Position numbers and translations under genes: made by a program. Positions 37,619-49,481 of a stretch of 64,000 nt of DNA are shown here, piece by piece. Each line of letters begins with the position of its first letter. Position 1 is the stretch's first letter. The DNA is from Octopus sinensis (lineage: Eukaryota). The notes below the pieces were generated by a model. That model was not told the DNA's origin. It did not search any database and saw nothing but the letters and a program-made list of their open reading frames with translations. The stretch spans positions 11,160,001 through 11,224,000 of the forward strand of contig NC_043013.1 in NCBI RefSeq assembly GCF_006345805.1, in the 5' to 3' direction.

Positions 37619-40036
37619 TATTTCATTACATTTGCCATAAAGGCAGTACATAGAGTAAAGTGGCTTTGCGGGCTGGACGAGGACATTAATGAAATGAATG
37701 ATAATGAAAGAAAGATGATAAGGATGGGAGAAGACAAAAAGCGCCCGCCGACTTCTGCTTCTCTAAAACATTGTTCTTTAAAACCAGACACAAAACGAGG
37801 TATTAAACCTCTTACAACTTTTACAACTTTTCAATTTTTGGACTTAACAGTCCATTACAAACAACAACATAGTTCAATAATTACATCTAATATAAATACA
37901 ATACACAAAGCCCCTCCTCCCAGACCTGGCTTACACTTCCCTTAGGAATGCGCCAGCTCTAGGTAGGGGCCCCTCAAGTCGTATCTAAACATGTCCTATC
38001 AAACATAAAAAATGCATTATCACTTTTCCCTTCCTCCTCTTTCCGGACCCCCAGTCAAATATCTAGCCGCCTGCAGAGCAGACCACGTTGACAGCCGGGG
38101 AGTTCAGAAAGAAAGCGAAGTGCCTATTATCAAATGTTTGTGTCACAATTTACGACTCATCCTCAAAATAACTTGTGCTCGCATCCTCTGCCATCCTCCA
38201 AAACCTCATCGATTTCCGTGTTAGCGTTGCCCGGGTACAAGCGATATTCCTCATTGAGCTTCTCCAGCTCAGACGTCACGTCGAACTTCGTGGCCACCAC
38301 AGCTATCTGCGGAGGCCATTCGGGGTCCTGTGTGAAGGCTGAAGGTGCTCCCTTATGGTGCTTTTCTATCACCTTTTCAATCTCTCCGCCTCTATGGAAG
38401 AAGATCAATACATCGTCTTTCCCCGGGGGCTGTATATTCAATTCTTTCATTGGCGGCACAGTTCCCGCCAACGGTGTTTCTTCTGTCGGTGGCACAACCC
38501 CAACCGGCGTAGTTCCGGGACATTCCGGTACTATGTCACCGACTACCGGCAATGTCCCGTTTCTCTTTCTCTTCCTCTTTTTTTTTCTTTTCAACTGAGG
38601 GAGGGTGCGTCTCCTCCGTGGCCGGAAGATTCGCCTTTCCCTCCTCATCCCTAGGGTCCTTTAGTGAGCACCCATTGTTGCTCACCTTCTTCCTCTTTCG
38701 GCCCCTGTTTGAGGAGTCCTCCGCCACCTCAGCCGTCTTCATTCCCTCTTCTACAGGGGTCTCCCTTAACTGCTCCGGGATCTTATTTTGTTCCCGGGGA
38801 CAGTTTTTCTTTATATGGGCTGACTCCAGGCACCGATGACACCTGGGGGGCGACCCTCAAGTATCACCGGCTACCTGTGCCCGGCCATTTTCAAAAAACT
38901 GGAAAAACCAGATTGACTGATTGGGTCCAAAGGGTCTAAATTGCTTTTGACCCAACCCATACAGCCGCAGGGAGAACTTTCACATTAAGAAGCTTGGTCC
39001 CGCTGCCACCCAGATCCCGGCGGATAGACTCCTCTATCCACTCGGGTTTTATCCCGGGTGGCAGCCCGCCGATCCAAGCTTTCGTCAACCTCTTCCCATG
39101 ATACGTGGGAAGAAATAAAATTTCCTTACCCTCCAGGGGTTTACTAGCAAATTTGCGAGCCTCTTCAGGGGTGTCAAATAGCAACCACATCGTTGCATAT
39201 CTGACACCCCTGGAAATGAATTTAATTGTTGGCAAATAACTCTGCCAACTCCTTTTCAATTGCCGTCTTTTCGAATAGGCGATGGGTTCGAGTGCCTTGG
39301 AGTAGGTTTCAACACACCGTCCTATCTTCACGGTCTTTTAACCACTTTTTAGGCGGTATAATCTCCCATTCCAAAATTTTTCATTTTTTCATTGCCATGT
39401 TTCTTTTTTTTTTTTTTGAAATATATTGAAAATAAGCTTAAAAAGCGAGAAGAAAAAAGAAATCAAAAGAAAGTCACAATAAACAAGAAGGAGAAAGTCA
39501 AATAAAGTTTAGAAGAAAGTCAATAGTTCAGGAACACAGCAAAAAAATTCTTCCGGACATTCGGTACTTACTCCCGGCTAGGTTGAACCCGGACACCACA
39601 CTGGAACACAACTTCCACAAAAATTGATATACAAATTATTCATCTCGGAGGCAAAACACTCCCCCATTCAGCAGTTCTCACAATTATTAAAGTTCTTCAA
39701 AAGGCACAATACAAGCAATAATTCTCATAATTAAGTGAGAAAAATATTCACTCAACGTAAACTGAAGATGAGGATACGCCCCACCAAAAATGAATTCAAT
39801 AAATTCGGAATACACAAAAACAGCAGCCGCCAAGAGCAGGCGAAATTGTCCCAGAGCTGGGCACAATTTACTGAAAAAAAATTCGCACGCAATAAATTAT
39901 GCCCAGCTCACAACAAGCAAAATCACCTACCTCGACAACATTCTTTGTTTTTTATCTTTATTCTTTTTAGGACGGAGCTCACGTCCTCACCGTTCTGTGT
40001 CAAGAAGTCAACTCCACGACCGGAACCGGAAGCAAT
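37619..40036 (-). mobile_element. ORF1-only non-autonomous non-LTR retrotransposon (HAL1-like), about 2.4 kb
   Basis: TSD CTTCTT (37613-18, 40037-42) splitting a SINE. 5' end ATTGCTTCCGGTTCCGG; single ORF1; about 540-nt 3' UTR with no RT remnant; ends in AATAAA. Confidence 0.8.
38163..39397 (-). pseudogene. Disrupted L1/Tx1-type ORF1 protein, about 400 aa: RRM-like region, CCHC zinc knuckle, K/E-rich linker, C-terminal domain
   Basis: TKAWIGGLPPGIKPEWI; ILEGRPPR followed by CHRCLESAHIKKNC (CX2CX4HX4C at 38800-38841); several frameshifts and stops. Confidence 0.8.
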
Positions 40037-40064
40037 CTTCTTACCACACAGCACCTCCTGCACC

Positions 40065-40108
<44 letters not shown>

Positions 40109-40372
40109 CCTTATTTAGAAATCTCCTGGAAATAAAAACAACGATAATTCCTGCAATATAAAATAACGTCACAAGAAATTTGAAAAGCTACACGCGAAAC
40201 CGGTAATTTCTTTAAAAATTTTAAAATTATGTCATTTTAAGGAAGGAAAAAAAATTTTCCAATATCTCCAGACATTTTGACCAATATATATATTTTTTAA
40301 CATTAAGCCTTCGTCGTTTTTTCACACTTACTATTTCTTATATATATATATATATATATATATTCCGGAGTA

Positions 40373-40515
40373 AACTCATAAATGTGAAACAAGGTGGGAA
40401 AAAGGGTACACAAATACCAGGGGTAGAGTAATATGCTTTATTTAAAAGCAGCAGAAATTTAACAAAACCTGTTACTCGGAATTTCACATTCCCGTTCGTC
40501 GGACAGTTTTGTTAA
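40373..40515 (-). mobile_element. Penelope-like terminal repeat with hammerhead-like motif
   Basis: CTGT-CCGACGA-AC..GT-GAAA..GTA-ACAG (40468-40507) followed by AATAAA (40437-42). Confidence 0.55.
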
Positions 40516-40769
40516 TATATATATATATATATATACATATGAGGTCTACGTACTCATACGAAGTGCTTCTTATAGTATATACTGCATACTCAGCGCATGT
40601 ATATACTTTGCTATGTAACCCTGCACTGATGCAGAGACACCTGCACAGGTAAACTGTAAGACTGAATGTGTGTGTGCATACACACGCGTGCGCGCACACA
40701 CACTCACACACGCACACACATTGTATATATGCATACAAATATACAATTTTACAGTGTAGTAATAAGATT

Positions 40770-40919
40770 GCTACTCAATCTTATCCTTCCTGGTTCAGTC
40801 CCACTTAACTGCGTCCAGTGTATGCGTTTTCTTTTATAGCCACGCTCTGACTGAAACCTTGCCATTTGATTTCGTAGGCAGAAACTCAACGAAACCCGTC
40901 GTATGTGTGTGTGTGTGTG

Positions 40920-40956
<37 letters not shown>

Positions 40957-41155
40957 ATTTCTTTACGTTGTAGCTATCAACACTACTTGACAACCACTGT
41001 TGATTTACGCTTCCTTAACATAGCGGTTCGGCAAATAAAGAGCCGATAGAATAAGTACCAAGCTTTAAAAATTTAAGTTTTAGAGACGATTGGTTCGACA
41101 AAACCTTTCTTGGCAGTGCTCCAACATGGCCGTTGTCTATAGACTGAAACAAGTA

Positions 41156-41160
<5 letters not shown>
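40770..41160 (+). mobile_element. Decayed SINE family B
   Basis: ggttcagtcccact, internal (TG)n, tagcggttcggcaaa, gactgaaacaagtaaaag. Confidence 0.8.
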
Positions 41161-41200
<40 letters not shown>

Positions 41201-41496
41201 AACACACACACACAAACACACACACACAAACACACACACTCACATAATTGTAATTATGAATTTACGTATTATTTTTTATACTTATAATAGAGGCTCTAAT
41301 TAAAGCGACTAAAATCTACACAAATGACTGAAAATGATGACCAAACCATTGGGAATTAAACACGACATCTTTCTTTTAGCCATTTGTTTAGATTTAGTTG
41401 CTTTAATTGGAGCCTACATTATAATTATAAAAACACATTATGATTACATATATGGTGTCGCTTTTCTCTGAAATTTACAGCTCACGGGTTTGTTTG

Positions 41497-42335
41497 TTTT
41501 TTTCTGTGTATCTTTCTGTCGAAGAGCGTAGGCTCGAAACGTAAACGACTTTTTCCATTTCTATTCCTGAGCGCTATACTAATACATTTGTATGTTTGTA
41601 CTCCACCTGCCTTCGTCTTTTGTTTATTTTCGTAAACTTATATATATATTCCCGTATGATTCTCTCTCTCTCTCTCTTACCTTCATTTTTCCTCTTTTTT
41701 CTCTCTGTCTCTCCCTCTCCCTGCTGTCTTTCTCCTCTGCATGCTACTGTCCAGCGTGACCAGCAGCGAATTCCACCCTTTCTTCCTTTCTTACACAGGT
41801 CCATTTCCTGACCACTCGCAAATTCTCTGTCTCTCCGTTCACCATCTTTCAAGTCATTTTCTAAACGTTACCCCCTATCCTTCTCTCCTTGGCCCCAACG
41901 CTGTATTTTTGTCCGGCTGTTCGTCCTCCTCCACCGTCCTAAATCTGTGTCGTTTTGCTTGTTTTGCTTCCTTGGTTTCCTCTTGTCCCTAATTCTCCGC
42001 AAGAAGACCGATTTTTTTTTTTTGCGGGCACCGCCAATAGGAAAGCGCTACGTCTTATCGTTGAGTGTATGAAACTGAAATTACCAATTGTCGATAACTG
42101 ATGAAGAGTTACGAACCTTCTGATTGTCTCCCGTTCGTTGTTACATTCAGTATGCGTTAAGACGTTTGCTTATACATTTTTCTCTCCTTGTTTATTTCTG
42201 TGTATCTTTCTGTCAAAGAGCGTAGGCTCGAAACGTAAAAGATTTTTCTGTTCCTGAGCGCTATACTAATACATTTGTTTCTTTGTACTCTAGCTGCCTT
42301 CGTCTTTTGTTTATTTTCATAAACTTTCCCTTTAT
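41497..42335 (+). mobile_element. Non-coding element bounded by about 140-bp direct repeats with hammerhead-like motifs (PLE pLTR or retrozyme-like)
   Basis: Repeats at 41497-41640 and 42190-42330; cores 694 nt apart. Confidence 0.7.
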
Positions 42336-42349
42336 ATATAATGTATGTA

Positions 42350-42387
<38 letters not shown>

Positions 42388-42524
42388 AACACACAGTCAA
42401 ATACATATACAGATATACACATCTCCCGCTTGCTCTCTCTCTTTCTCTCTCTGTCTGTCTCTCTTTCTCTCTATCTATCTATCTATCTATCCATCTATAT
42501 ATATATATAATATATATATATATA

Positions 42525-42572
<48 letters not shown>

Positions 42573-42923
42573 TACTTGTGCATATGAATATGTATATATG
42601 TATATATCGCTGTATGCATACGCATACACACAGGCACATAGAAACAAGCAAATAACATACCGATAGTAAATCGAAGAAGGTTCATTAGTTTGATATTAAA
42701 ATATTAAAAACATGTATTAATTACCTAATTATTTCGATCAATTAATCAATGGAAAAGTTATTTGAACTAAATTAAACCTAGATGTATATCTGTAAATACA
42801 TCAAACCAACCTCACATACACACGCGCGCGCACTTATTAACACACACACTCACTCACACACTCACACTCAAACACAAACACATTCATATACATAATTACG
42901 TGTACAGCTTTCTGCTCACAGGC

Positions 42924-42924
<1 letters not shown>

Positions 42925-43004
<80 letters not shown>

Positions 43005-43040
43005 CAGTATTATCATCATCATCATCATCATCACCATCAC

Positions 43041-43092
<52 letters not shown>

Positions 43093-43143
43093 GTCGTCGT
43101 CGTCGTCATCGTCGTCATTATTATTATTATTATTATCAGTATT

Positions 43144-43174
<31 letters not shown>

Positions 43175-43184
43175 CCACCATCAC

Positions 43185-43239
<55 letters not shown>

Positions 43240-43255
43240 GTCGTCGTCATCGTCG

Positions 43256-43287
<32 letters not shown>
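42925..43287. repeat. Duplicated compound (TAT)(CAT)(CGT) microsatellite
   Basis: The unit tattatcagtattatcatcat...cgtcgtcat occurs twice. Confidence 0.9.
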
Positions 43288-43290
<3 letters not shown>

Positions 43291-43467
43291 CCCCCTAGCT
43301 CAGTCTTCATTATGAGACATTTCTTTCAAAAGCTTTCCCCTCTTGCCTTGTTTTTAGGCGACCAGAACTATATTAACAAGACACTTTCCCCTGAATACGG
43401 TAGTCTGTGATTTGAGAGAGAATTGCCTGCTATTTCTAGCAGGCCACATCCTCGTGTTTGCGTTACT

Positions 43468-43508
<41 letters not shown>

Positions 43509-43859
43509 CACACACACTTACATACAAAACACATACATACATGGATGTACAAACATGGCAAATTGAACTATTTTTCCGTAGACTGAATAGAAAGGTGAAC
43601 GGCATTAATCGATTGTCGTCCCTTATTAGTATCTCATCAGGATTCTGAACATCGTTTGAGCAGTCTCGGTGAAATAAGCATCCAATCTGTTTACCTACAC
43701 AAAATATACAGAAGCTTCGGCGAACTGGGACTCCGAATTTGTGTAACAATAAGTACTTAACATTTTATTATATATAAGAATCTTGTTAATGGGGATCTCA
43801 CTCTACACTATATCAAAGAATGATAGTGTATATGTGTGTGTGCGCGCAAATTCACATAG

Positions 43860-44335
43860 TAGATATTCCAACAAGGTACACTGCAGGCGTTTTGACTGCA
43901 ACCGCATACGGGAATTCGTCCAATAGCTGCAGGAAGAGGGACTTAGGCTCAATTTCGATGGCTACGTAAATTCGCTGAAGATTATGGTCGAAGCCAGGCT
44001 GGCAATAATTGCTATAGGAAGGCGATGTGCGGCAGCTGGTTTCAGCTCCTTGCCGCACAACTGGAAAGAGTCATATGTGGTTGTCTTAAAATTTCTCTGA
44101 GTTCACCAGCTCCAATTTCTGGCTTCCTAATTTGCATGATTGTAATCTTAGGGCTTAATATGACTGAGGAAACACCAATCACTCTGCCTGTATTATCAAG
44201 GCCAAGCTGGTTGACCAAGATCAGAGAGGTGTTCGAAGATCCTCCCTGAGATAAAGAGAGGAACTCATGTGCCAAGTTCAGGAGCTGTCTTGAAGCCATG
44301 AGGGAAACTGAGAGTGGTTATTCTGAATAAACTGT
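43860..44335 (+). mobile_element. Tc1/mariner maT-like (DD37D) transposase C-terminal remnant
   Basis: SAPCRTTGKSHMWLS*NFSEFTSSNFWLPNLHDCN..KIREVFEDPP..CAKFRSCLEAM..GYSE*; spacing consistent with D37D. Confidence 0.75.
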
Positions 44336-44362
44336 TATTTCTCAAACAGGTTTTAATTGAAA

Positions 44363-44767
44363 TACTCTTTTACTCTTTACTCTTTTACTTGTTTCAGTCA
44401 TTTGACTGCGGCCATGCTGGAGCAGCGCCTTTAGTCGAGCAAATCGACCCCGGGACTTATTCTTTGTAAGCCCAGTACTTATTCTATCGATCTCTTTTGC
44501 CGAACCGCTAAGTAACGGGGATGTAAACACACCAGCATCGGTTGTCAAGCAATGCTAGGGGGACAAACACAGACACACAAACACACACATACATATACAT
44601 ATATATACATATATACGACAGGCTTCTTTCTGTTTCCGTCTACCAAATCCACTCACAAGGCTTTGGTCGGCCCGAGGCTATAGTAGAAGACACTTGCGCA
44701 AGATGCCACGCAGTGGGACTGAACCCGGAACCATGCGGTTGGTAAACAAGCTACTTACCACACAGCC
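44363..44767 (-). mobile_element. Full-length SINE family B
   Basis: (CTCTTTTA)n tail through to head ..cttaccacacagcc. Confidence 0.95.
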
Positions 44768-45632
44768 AAATGGTTTTGATTTTTTTTTTAAATACATATA
44801 TTTTTGGATTGGACATTGATTTCTTTTCCTTTTATGCAAGCTCTCAAATTTAGTCCAAAATCCTTGTAGATTTATGTAAGAGATTTAATAATTTTGGAAA
44901 AATATAGATTTACTGCTGGACTAATCAGCGGATTATTTTTCTGCGATGAAACCTCTGGTTATTAAGATATACCTACGTTCGAACTTTCATAATACATACG
45001 AATACACACATACATACACGTACGTGACCGAAAACATAAACATCTGAAGCCAATATATATCATTATCATCGTTCTGTGTTTGTTCAAATCAATGCATTAA
45101 AATTCTGAGAAAATATTAATGACAGTTCATTTTAACTTTCAAAGTCATTCAGTTAAGTATTTGTATAATAGTCTCTCATAATTCTCTTTACATTTTCGTT
45201 ATTCAATACACGAAACGATTTCATATTAGTTCAATCGCCAATTGTAATTCAGGCCATTCTGGAAATTCTGGAAAATCTAAACTTTAAAAATGGGGCTCTT
45301 ATATAAAATATAAAAATGGAGGCTCATTGACAGGTTCGATCCGTGTCTTCTCTTGTATTTTTATGTTCTTATCAATTTGCCCCACCGTGGTTTTATTATA
45401 ATACTCTCTATTATATTTTTGTCTCACGCAGGGTTCTGTTTTATGTCCCACGTTCCCTTGTGTCCCACTCTTACTTCGACAAATTGTTAGTCGTCACATA
45501 AACAAACCCAACAAAAACACTATTCTGCAGATAATATCCCACCAGTTACGGCCCTTCAATTCACACTAACTTATGATAGTGAAAGGTGTCATCCATATGT
45601 GGTGTATACATACGCATACACACATACATGTT

Positions 45633-45679
<47 letters not shown>

Positions 45680-45734
45680 TATATATATGTGTATGTATGT
45701 ATGTATGTATGTATGTATGTATATATACATAAAA

Positions 45735-45996
45735 GGGTAAAGACCCCAATCGGTCATGAATGACCATGGGATTGCACCTAGAAAGTTACCCTCCTAGACA
45801 CAAGTCCGGGCAAGGTTGTTTATGGAAGACCAGCAGTCGCCCATGCATACCAGCCTTCCCTCTCCACGCCACCAGTGTTATCCAAGGGAAAGACAAAGGT
45901 CGATATAGCTTGGCACCAGGGACGTCGCAACTCATTTCTACAGCTGAGTGAACTGGAGCAACGTGAAATAAAGTGCCTTGCTCAAGAACACAACAC
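45735..45996 (-). mobile_element. 5'-truncated SINE family C
   Basis: gtgttcttgagcaaggcactttatttcacgttgctccagttcactcagctgtagaaatgag on the minus strand. Confidence 0.88.
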
Positions 45997-46009
45997 ACAT
46001 ATATATATA

Positions 46010-46040
<31 letters not shown>

Positions 46041-48349
46041 ATATATATATATCTTAATTAACATCATGATTTAAAATCTACCCCTACCCAGTCCTTTTTT
46101 ATAGGCATTTACTTATATCCAACTGACTAATCCTAATGTGTTATTTCCTCCCTAAGAAAAAGGGATACATATGATAATATCTATGACCATAACTAGCCAT
46201 GAGCTGTCATCTCACTTTTGTCCTTTATTCAAAATAGTCACAGTCTTCTAGTCTTAGATTTGGTAGTTGATAAAGAGATAACTGAATTAGAAATGAATTA
46301 CAATCCCTTACAATACTATGACCCCCAATAGGCTTTGTGCGATTGTTGGAACTGTAGTCTGTTCTTAGCTACAATATCGACAGCATGAATTTCTTCCATC
46401 TTCTTGCTCTGTTAAAATATTTGAGAAAAACTATATTAATATGTCCTACTTGTTAAAATTTGACTTATTTGTTTGTGCAACTGAAGATGGCACTACATTC
46501 AAATTGATTTAATGATTGCATTGTTTACGTAAATGGAGCCGCTTGAAACGGTCATACTGCTCCTTGTTCTATGATACATGCACCCTGTTATGAAGCGATC
46601 GAAAATAAGACCTATCAAAATGTCATGCTAATTTATGTTCCAGATACCTGTTTAATAATGACAAAATTATTTTACAATATTCTTAACCATTTTCAAAATT
46701 TATTTAATATAAATGTAGGGTTTTTCAATAGGTGTTAATTGGAGGTTTTTTTAGATTTGCTTTTCTTGTGGTCTACAACTATTTATTCGTTACATGTAGT
46801 TGCTTGTAGCTGCTGGTCAGCTACAACCCGATATTAACCGGGTAAGCCCAAAATTAAAGGAATTTCACTCAAGTTAGTCCTTTCCTGCTCACAGTCACGA
46901 AATAAGTAGCAACAGACGTGACCCTCCGATCTGTTATTTAGGCATGTTTTTCAGCTTTATATTATTGCATATCCCTTTCTACTTTCCGCGATGATAGGAA
47001 ATGCTTCGAGAAACATTCGACTATAATTTATAGCAGGTCAAGCAGCCACGTGCTATCTCTTCCTCTCTAGCGTCATCTTCGTGAAACCCAGATGAAGTAC
47101 TTCTCTCACATCTGGGATGTTGCAGACATTCTGTTGCATCCATAAAATACCAGAAGATTGTTTGGCATCAAGTCATTTATAGCTATGCACCAACACGTGA
47201 CCCACGGGTGGGCTGTCTCATCTCTACCCGTTTTACTAATTCTAGAAATGTTTTCTCTTATGCCATTGCATTCCTTTTTTTGTTTTTTTTTGTTTTGTCC
47301 GCCTATTCGGCATCTCTGATTTGGCACTGACTTATTTGAGAACAAACGTTTTAATGTTTCTCTCGTCTCTTCCAACTCACTTCTCTCTTACCCCTTCTCT
47401 CACCTTCTCCCCCTCTCTCTCTCTAAACGTGTGAGCATATCTAATGAATCTCACCCTTTCTCATTATCACTATGTGTAAGAATATATTTTTTGGCGCCCA
47501 AGCCTGTGTCCTTGCTTCCAGTGCCAAAAAGTACTGTCGTCATGACTTCTTAAATGTTGTGCCAAATCACCAACGTCCATGCAGCGCCGCCCAGTCGTCT
47601 CATTCTGGGCTACACTCGTGCTCTCTCCACTCACTCGACTTACCCTTCGTATCACTCGAACTATCTAATCGTGTAGATCTATCTATGATGAAAGTCGTTA
47701 TAGTCCTGACAATTATGTCAGGTTTTCCTTCAATCGACACCCACTTTTATTTGACAGAGTGTCATCGTAAATAAAAGATGACTCTTAGGAGTTAGAACGA
47801 AATGTAGAAATTTTATTGCTCAAACCTATTTATCATATCAAATTATGTCGAGGTTTTTGCGCTGAAATTAAACAACATACTTTTGTGTACCTTCACTATG
47901 TCACTGCAGTTGTTTGTAACACCGTCCAAAGGATGTCCACCATACTTATTGATATGAAATTCTTCGCCAAAAGATGCTCAAGCGTCTAGCCGGTAGACAT
48001 ACTCTCCGCTGTCTCTGCATTTTTTACTGCGGTCTCTACTCCTCAGAGATTGATATTGTATTGACGTCTATAGTCAAGCGTTCTCGATTCATTTGTACTT
48101 TTTCTTACAGGTCCAACTGCATTAAACACTGCCACCAATATTTTCAATCATCCAAAATGTCGACCCTCAGTGACTTCCTCCTTGTGAATGTTTCACATTC
48201 GGCTGTCTATTTGCAGAAGTTCCAATGGAAATTTGGAGTCACTCATCTCACAGATTTAGAGATTTCAGCCAAAGGTCATGGACACTACTACGTGATCCAG
48301 GCCAAACCATCAAAATAAATGCATGTAGGAGTTAGACAGAGAAAATACG

Positions 48350-48750
48350 GAGAGAGGGAGAAAAAAGAGAAATAAGAACAGGAGGAGGAGGAGGAGGAGG
48401 AGGAAGAGGAGGTTGTGGTGGTGGTGGAGGAAGAGGAGGACGAGGGGGAGGGGAAGGGAAGAGGGAGGACGAGGAGGGGAGGAGGAAGGGGAGGAAGGAG
48501 AAGAGGAGGACGAGAAGGGGGAAGATGAAGGGGAGGAGGAAGGGGAGGAAGAAGAAGAAGAAGAGAAGAAGAAGAAGAAGAAGAAAGAAGAAGAAGAAGA
48601 GGAGGGGAGGAGGAAGGGGAGGAAGGAGAAGAGGAGGACGAGAAGGGGGAAGATGAAGGGGAGGAGGAAGGGGAGGAGGAAGAAGAAGAAGAAGAAGAAG
48701 AAGAAGAAGAAGAAGAAAGAAGAAGAAGAAGAGGAGGGGAGGAGGAAGTA
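48350..48750. repeat. Polypurine tract with about 135-bp tandem duplication
   Basis: ggacgagaagggggaagatgaagggg occurs at about 48508 and 48636. Confidence 0.9.
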
Positions 48751-48999
48751 ATAAAATATCACCTCAAGTATATATCTTGAAATTGAACTTGCACATCTTT
48801 GAATCATTCACACTGTTTTGCCGAAGTTTCCGTTTACATCTAATGGCCTTCCGCTGACGACAGATATTCCAGCATATTCCAGCAGCGGTTGTGTTACAGA
48901 CAGAATGCTTTTAACAAGGGTTAAATTATCGAGTAATTCTATCTGCAAATTTGCTAACCTTCTACCGTCATTGATATCGCTTGTTAAAGACAAAAAGCT

Positions 49000-49200
49000 G
49001 GCAGAGTCACCAAAGCGTCGAATGAAATTCTTACAAGACACTACTTTTAGCTTTTTAAATTTTGAATTCAAATACTGCCGTGGCCGATTTTGTCTTTTAT
49101 TGTTTCGGGGTCGATAAAATAAGTTCTAGTTGAGCAATGGGATCGATGTAATTCATTTATGCGCATCCCCGAAATTTCTGGTGCTATGCCAAAATTGAAA
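49000..49200 (+). mobile_element. Decayed SINE family A (tail 2)
   Basis: agctggcagagtc..gaattcaaatactgccg..cggggtcgataaaataag. Confidence 0.7.
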
Positions 49201-49228
49201 TCAATGCACACACACACATACGAGCATA

Positions 49229-49310
49229 CGAGGTCTGATTAATATGTATCCGGACTGTTGCCATTGTAACGAAGCTAAAACATGCAGAGTGAAGCCGCTT
49301 GGCACAGATT
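49229..49310 (+). mobile_element. Mariner-type terminal fragment
   Basis: TA-CGAGGTCTGATTAATATGTATCCGGACTG. Confidence 0.65.
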
Positions 49311-49339
49311 GAGATATATATATATAGTATAACGTTCGA

Positions 49340-49404
49340 GAAGTGAAAAAGTCTTTAACGTTTCGAGCCTACGCTCTTCCACAGAAAGGAATACAGAAAG
49401 ACAC

Positions 49405-49405
<1 letters not shown>
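49340..49405 (-). ncRNA. Third copy of the CUGUNGA hammerhead-like motif
   Basis: CCTTT-CTGTGGA-a-GAGCgtagGCTC-GAAAC-GTT-AAAG on the minus strand. Confidence 0.55.

Positions 49406-49481
<76 letters not shown>

Noticed and set aside
42098-42118. CTGATGAAGAG inside the direct-repeat element
   Set aside because: No stem II or GAAAC; possibly a relic only.
47974-48318. 114-aa ORF and acceptor-like ttttcttacag at about 48110
   Set aside because: No recognisable domain or matching donor; may be a decayed LINE endonuclease region, but unsupported.
48413-48807. Acidic/basic E/K/G-rich ORFs
   Set aside because: Translation of the polypurine repeat.
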